From: an uncultured Bacilli bacterium
Lineage (GTDB): Bacteria; Bacillota_I; Bacilli_A; RF39; UBA660
Length of the DNA stretch: 57,939 nucleotides
Reading direction: 5' to 3'
NCBI GenBank assembly: GCA_947630945.1
Contig: CANRJN010000001.1
Span: 1 to 57,939 of the forward strand
The position numbers and the translations under genes are program-made. The first letter of the stretch is position 1. Each line of letters opens with the position of its first letter. Of the stretch, positions 54,497 to 57,939 are shown one piece after another. Under the pieces are notes generated by a model that saw nothing but the letters and a program-made list of their open reading frames with translations, had not been told where the DNA came from and did not search any database.

Positions 54497-55765
54497 ATGA
54501 AAAAACTTTTTTTATTTATATTTTCATTTTTATGCTTATTTTTAGTTAATATAAAAGCTCAATATTATACAGGAGATGAAAATACTAGTTTAAAAAATGA
54601 AACTACTATAAACGAAACTACTGTAAAGGAAGAAAATAAAACAGAAAAAGATGCAGAAAATAACAATAGTGAAAATTCGAGTCAAGTAGATCTTGCTAAA
54701 AATGCTAAGTCTGCTATATTAATAGAAGTATCAACAGGAAAAATACTTTATTCAAAAGATAAAGATGCTAAAAGAAGTCCTGCTAGTATGACTAAAATTA
54801 TGACATTATTACTTGCTATGGAGCAAATTGAAAAAGGAAATATAAAACTTGATGATATGGTAAGAATTTCTAAAAATGCTTCTTCCATGGGTGGAACTCA
54901 AATATTTGTAGAAGAAGGAAGTAGTGTAAAAGTTGAAACATTACTTAAAGGTATTGGGATTGCATCTGCTAATGATGCAGCAGTAGCTATGGCAGAATAC
55001 ATAGGTGGAACTGAGGAAAATTTTGTTAAAATGATGAATGATAGAGCAAAAGAATTAGGATGTAAAAATACTAATTTTAAAAATCCACATGGACTTGATG
55101 AAGAAGGACACTATACAACTGCATATGATTTATCATTAATAGCAAAAGAACTTGTAAAATATCCACTTGCCTTAAAAATAACAAGTACATATGAAGATTA
55201 TATAGAAGTTTCAGGAGAAAATCATTGGCTTGTAAATACAAATACATTAGTAAGATTTTATAATGGTATAGACGGACTTAAAACAGGTTATACAGATAAT
55301 GCTAAATATTGCTTAACTGCAACTATGGAAAAAAATAATATGAGACTTCTTAGTATTGTAATGGGTGAAGATGAAAAAGAAAAAAGAAATGAAGATACAA
55401 TATCAATGATGGAATATGGATTTAGTATGTATGGTAGTCAATTAATATTAAGTAAAGATAAATTTAGTGAAACAATGGTTATTGATAATGCTTACAATAG
55501 AGAAGTTAAATATTATTTGGATAAAGATGTAAGTATTATTGCAGATAAAAATGCAAAAGATGTAAAATATGATATTAAAAAAGAATTTTATGATGTAAAA
55601 GCGCCAATTAAAAAGAATGATAAAATTGGAAAACTTACATTAACTTATGATGGGAATACTTATGAATATGATTTAATAGTAAAAGAAGATATTAAAAAAG
55701 CCTCATTTATGAAAGTATTTAGTAATTTATTATCAGATATAATAAGTGGAGTTAAGTTAAAATAG
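54497..55765 (+). CDS. D-alanyl-D-alanine carboxypeptidase (low-MW PBP, PBP5/DacB-like)
   Basis: SPASMTKIMT (SxxK), ASANDAA (SxN), LKTGYT (KTG) and a signal peptide. Start set to MKKLFLF (GGGTGA Shine-Dalgarno) rather than 54485. Confidence 0.9.
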   Translation: MKKLFLFIFSFLCLFLVNIKAQYYTGDENTSLKNETTINETTVKEENKTEKDAENNNSENSSQVDLAKNAKSAILIEVSTGKILYSKDKDAKRSPASMTKIMTLLLAMEQIEKGNIKLDDMVRISKNASSMGGTQIFVEEGSSVKVETLLKGIGIASANDAAVAMAEYIGGTEENFVKMMNDRAKELGCKNTNFKNPHGLDEEGHYTTAYDLSLIAKELVKYPLALKITSTYEDYIEVSGENHWLVNTNTLVRFYNGIDGLKTGYTDNAKYCLTATMEKNNMRLLSIVMGEDEKEKRNEDTISMMEYGFSMYGSQLILSKDKFSETMVIDNAYNREVKYYLDKDVSIIADKNAKDVKYDIKKEFYDVKAPIKKNDKIGKLTLTYDGNTYEYDLIVKEDIKKASFMKVFSNLLSDIISGVKLK

Positions 55766-55785
55766 TATGTTCAATCATACTTTTT
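55763..55785 (+). terminator. Rho-independent terminator of the carboxypeptidase gene
   Basis: agtatg-ttcaat-catact followed by T5, overlapping the stop codon. Confidence 0.55.
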
Positions 55786-55822
55786 TATTGGATTATTTTC
55801 TAAAAAAAATATAATAAGGTAT

Positions 55823-56242
55823 TTATTTATTTAAAGACAAAAATTTTTCATCATTAAATGGAAAAACTATATTTAGATAATTATCTTTATATTGTTTTAA
55901 TAATTTTTCTATTTTTTTATTTTCATTAATTTTAATAAATCCACCAATAAAGAAATAACCTAAATTATAAATATGTGATGGATACCCTTCTTCATAAAAG
56001 AAATTATCATCTTCATTATTATAATAATGAATTCTTTCTATATAATATTTATATAATATATTTTTATTTTTAAATTTATTCAATTCTTTTAAATTATCAA
56101 TTTTAGAATATTTAATTGTATTATTTTCTTCATATTCTACAACTATATAATGATATAAATAATATAATTTCTTATCATCTTGTAAAAAATCTTTAAATAA
56201 TTTTTCATCAATAATATGATAATTTTCATCTTTTAAATTCAT
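55823..56242 (-). CDS. Hypothetical protein
   Basis: 139 aa ORF. No motif recognised and no signal peptide. Confidence 0.45.
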   Translation of the reverse strand: MNLKDENYHIIDEKLFKDFLQDDKKLYYLYHYIVVEYEENNTIKYSKIDNLKELNKFKNKNILYKYYIERIHYYNNEDDNFFYEEGYPSHIYNLGYFFIGGFIKINENKKIEKLLKQYKDNYLNIVFPFNDEKFLSLNK

Positions 56243-56303
56243 TAATTAATCACCTCTTTGCTTTTTAAAGAATCTTCCCAAATTCCTTTTTTGATGCCTA
56301 TTT

Positions 56304-56924
56304 CTAATAAAAATATTGTTCAGTATATGGTTCAAAATTTCTAGCAGAAATATCCACAGGCCATCTAGACATACATATTTGCATTTCATTATCATAAAAA
56401 GTACCCGTTTGTTCATTATAAAGTGCTATCTTAGGTCCATCAATTACATGATCTGCACATCTACATAAATACTCCATTCGATTCTTAAATTCATAAAACA
56501 ACCAATTATCTTGATTTTCTTGTGATAAATGAAAGATTTCATCCTTTGCTTTATAATTTATTATTTTTCTTGAATATGTAAGAAATACTGCTTCATCAAG
56601 TATTACTTGTGTTTCAGATAGCAATAAAGTTTTAGGATTAACATTTTCTGGATCATACATATAATCATTTGGATTTGAAAATATAAATTCATTATTCTTT
56701 TTACCAATAATCCAATGTCTTTCTTTTAAGGGTTTATCATATTTTTCTTTTTTCAAACTTATAATTTCATTTTCAAAATCTATTAACAAGTCCAACATCT
56801 TGATATTAAAACCGCAAAATAGAATTCTTTCTTTTATTTCATTGTAATATTTTTTATCATTAGTTATATCATACAAATATATTAAATCACTAACCATTAA
56901 TTGTTTTAAATTATCAGCCTTCAT
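56304..56924 (-). CDS. Hypothetical protein
   Basis: 206 aa ORF. No motif recognised and no signal peptide. Confidence 0.45.
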   Translation of the reverse strand: MKADNLKQLMVSDLIYLYDITNDKKYYNEIKERILFCGFNIKMLDLLIDFENEIISLKKEKYDKPLKERHWIIGKKNNEFIFSNPNDYMYDPENVNPKTLLLSETQVILDEAVFLTYSRKIINYKAKDEIFHLSQENQDNWLFYEFKNRMEYLCRCADHVIDGPKIALYNEQTGTFYDNEMQICMSRWPVDISARNFEPYTEQYFY

Positions 56925-57012
56925 TATACCTCCAATATTTCTTTAATTTTATTTTACTATAAAAAAAGTTTTTTCATAAACATTATATCTTCGAAAAAAC
57001 TTTTTATTTTTA

Positions 57013-57798
57013 TTATTTTTTAATATTATTTGTTAATTTTTTTACTGCTTCTACTGTACCATTTCCTGCTTTAAATGATTCTAACATTTCAATTGGAATA
57101 CAGAATATTAAAGTATTTGATTGGTCACTACTTACATCATTAATTGTAGATAATGTTCTTAAATGTAGCGCGCCTGGTGTAGTAGCCATAGTTTTTGCTG
57201 CTTCTGCAAGATTTTTAGATGCTTCAACTTCTCCTTGTGCTTTTGTAATAACAGCAGCTTTCTCTCTTTCTGCTTCTGCAACTTTTGCAATAACACGTTT
57301 CATATCTTCTGGAAGTGTTACATCTTTTAATTCAACATTTTCAACTTTAATACCCCATGGGTCTGTTGCTTCATCAATAATCTTACAAATTGATGTTGAT
57401 AATTTTTCTCTTTCTGATAATAATTCATCTAATGATACAGAACCAACTGCATTTCTCATTGTAGTTTGTGCTAGTTGACTTACTGCATAATAGAAATTTT
57501 CAACTTCTAAAATAGCCTTAGATGCATCAAATATTTTATAATAAATAACTGCATTAATTCTTACTGATACATTATCTTTTGTTATTGCATCTTGTTCTGG
57601 TACATCTACTACTTTTGTTCTAATATCAACTTTTTTATATGATTCAACTATTGGAAGAATTACTCTCCATCCTGGTTCTAATACTTTACTAAATTTACCT
57701 TGATAGAATTTAACTCCCCTTTCATATTCATCAATTTGTACAATACTTTTTAGAATTACAATAATTGCAATCACTATTAAAATTACTAATAACCACAT
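57013..57798 (-). CDS. SPFH/band-7 (stomatin/prohibitin-like) membrane protein
   Basis: 261 aa. N-terminal TM helix, then EYERGVKFYQGKF...VDVPEQDAITKDNVSV...GIKVENVELKDVTLPE and an Ala/Glu-rich coiled coil, typical of SPFH proteins. Confidence 0.85.
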   Translation of the reverse strand: MWLLVILIVIAIIVILKSIVQIDEYERGVKFYQGKFSKVLEPGWRVILPIVESYKKVDIRTKVVDVPEQDAITKDNVSVRINAVIYYKIFDASKAILEVENFYYAVSQLAQTTMRNAVGSVSLDELLSEREKLSTSICKIIDEATDPWGIKVENVELKDVTLPEDMKRVIAKVAEAEREKAAVITKAQGEVEASKNLAEAAKTMATTPGALHLRTLSTINDVSSDQSNTLIFCIPIEMLESFKAGNGTVEAVKKLTNNIKK

Positions 57799-57939
57799 AA
57801 TCGTTTACTCCTTTCACTACTAATTATACTATAAATATATAAAAATAAAAGTAAAAATTATATTTAAGTTTCCGTATTTTGTATTTTTTTAATTAAATTT
57901 TATATAAATTTTCTTTACATGTAAAATAATTTATAAAAA

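Overview
Very AT-rich sequence (GC not computed, visibly well under 30%) from a Gram-positive-type, low-GC bacterium. Sortase B, LCP, LtaS/TagF-like and DltB-like genes support a Bacillota-like origin. About 50 credible genes, nearly all on the minus strand. All plus-strand ORFs that overlap minus-strand genes look like antisense shadows.

Layout:
(1) 132-27434 is a roughly 27 kb cell-envelope glycopolymer locus. It contains glycosyltransferases, ugd, and a dlt-like acylation module built from an FkbH-type loader, a small carrier protein, SDR, MaoC, MBOAT and five DltD/SGNH-like paralogs. It also has a YidC-TagF fusion, an LtaS-like protein, a nucleotidyltransferase-aminotransferase fusion, LCP, a UbiA/HAD-GT-C/ArnEF-like module and an initiating phosphoglycosyl transferase.
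(2) 27692-29208 is an IS1202-like insertion sequence with a 17-bp target duplication.
(3) 29257-35172 holds SWIM and YkgJ genes, then a small decayed defence/TA islet: abiEi fragment, fic fragment, ATPase+RloB pair, intact class II fic. It abuts tRNA-Arg(CCT).
(4) 35187-37914 is housekeeping (HD protein, rseP, cdsA).
(5) 38004-39912 is a second ATPase+Toprim-like (PARIS/AbiL-like) two-gene cassette bracketed by 25/26-bp direct repeats.
(6) 41647-51464 is a surface locus: sigma factor, non-phosphorylatable STAS protein, sortase B with two xPKTxD substrates, and a 1958-aa repeat protein.
(7) 51587-53440 is a third ATPase+RloB pair.
(8) The window ends with a DD-carboxypeptidase, unknowns and an SPFH protein.

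Best candidates for something new:
- the FkbH/carrier-protein/MBOAT/DltD-like pathway;
- the repeat-bracketed ATPase/Toprim cassettes (three in 21 kb);
- (TA)7-8 tracts at a promoter spacer and at a start-codon region of envelope operons, suggesting phase variation.

No CRISPR array, rRNA, integrase or prophage was seen.
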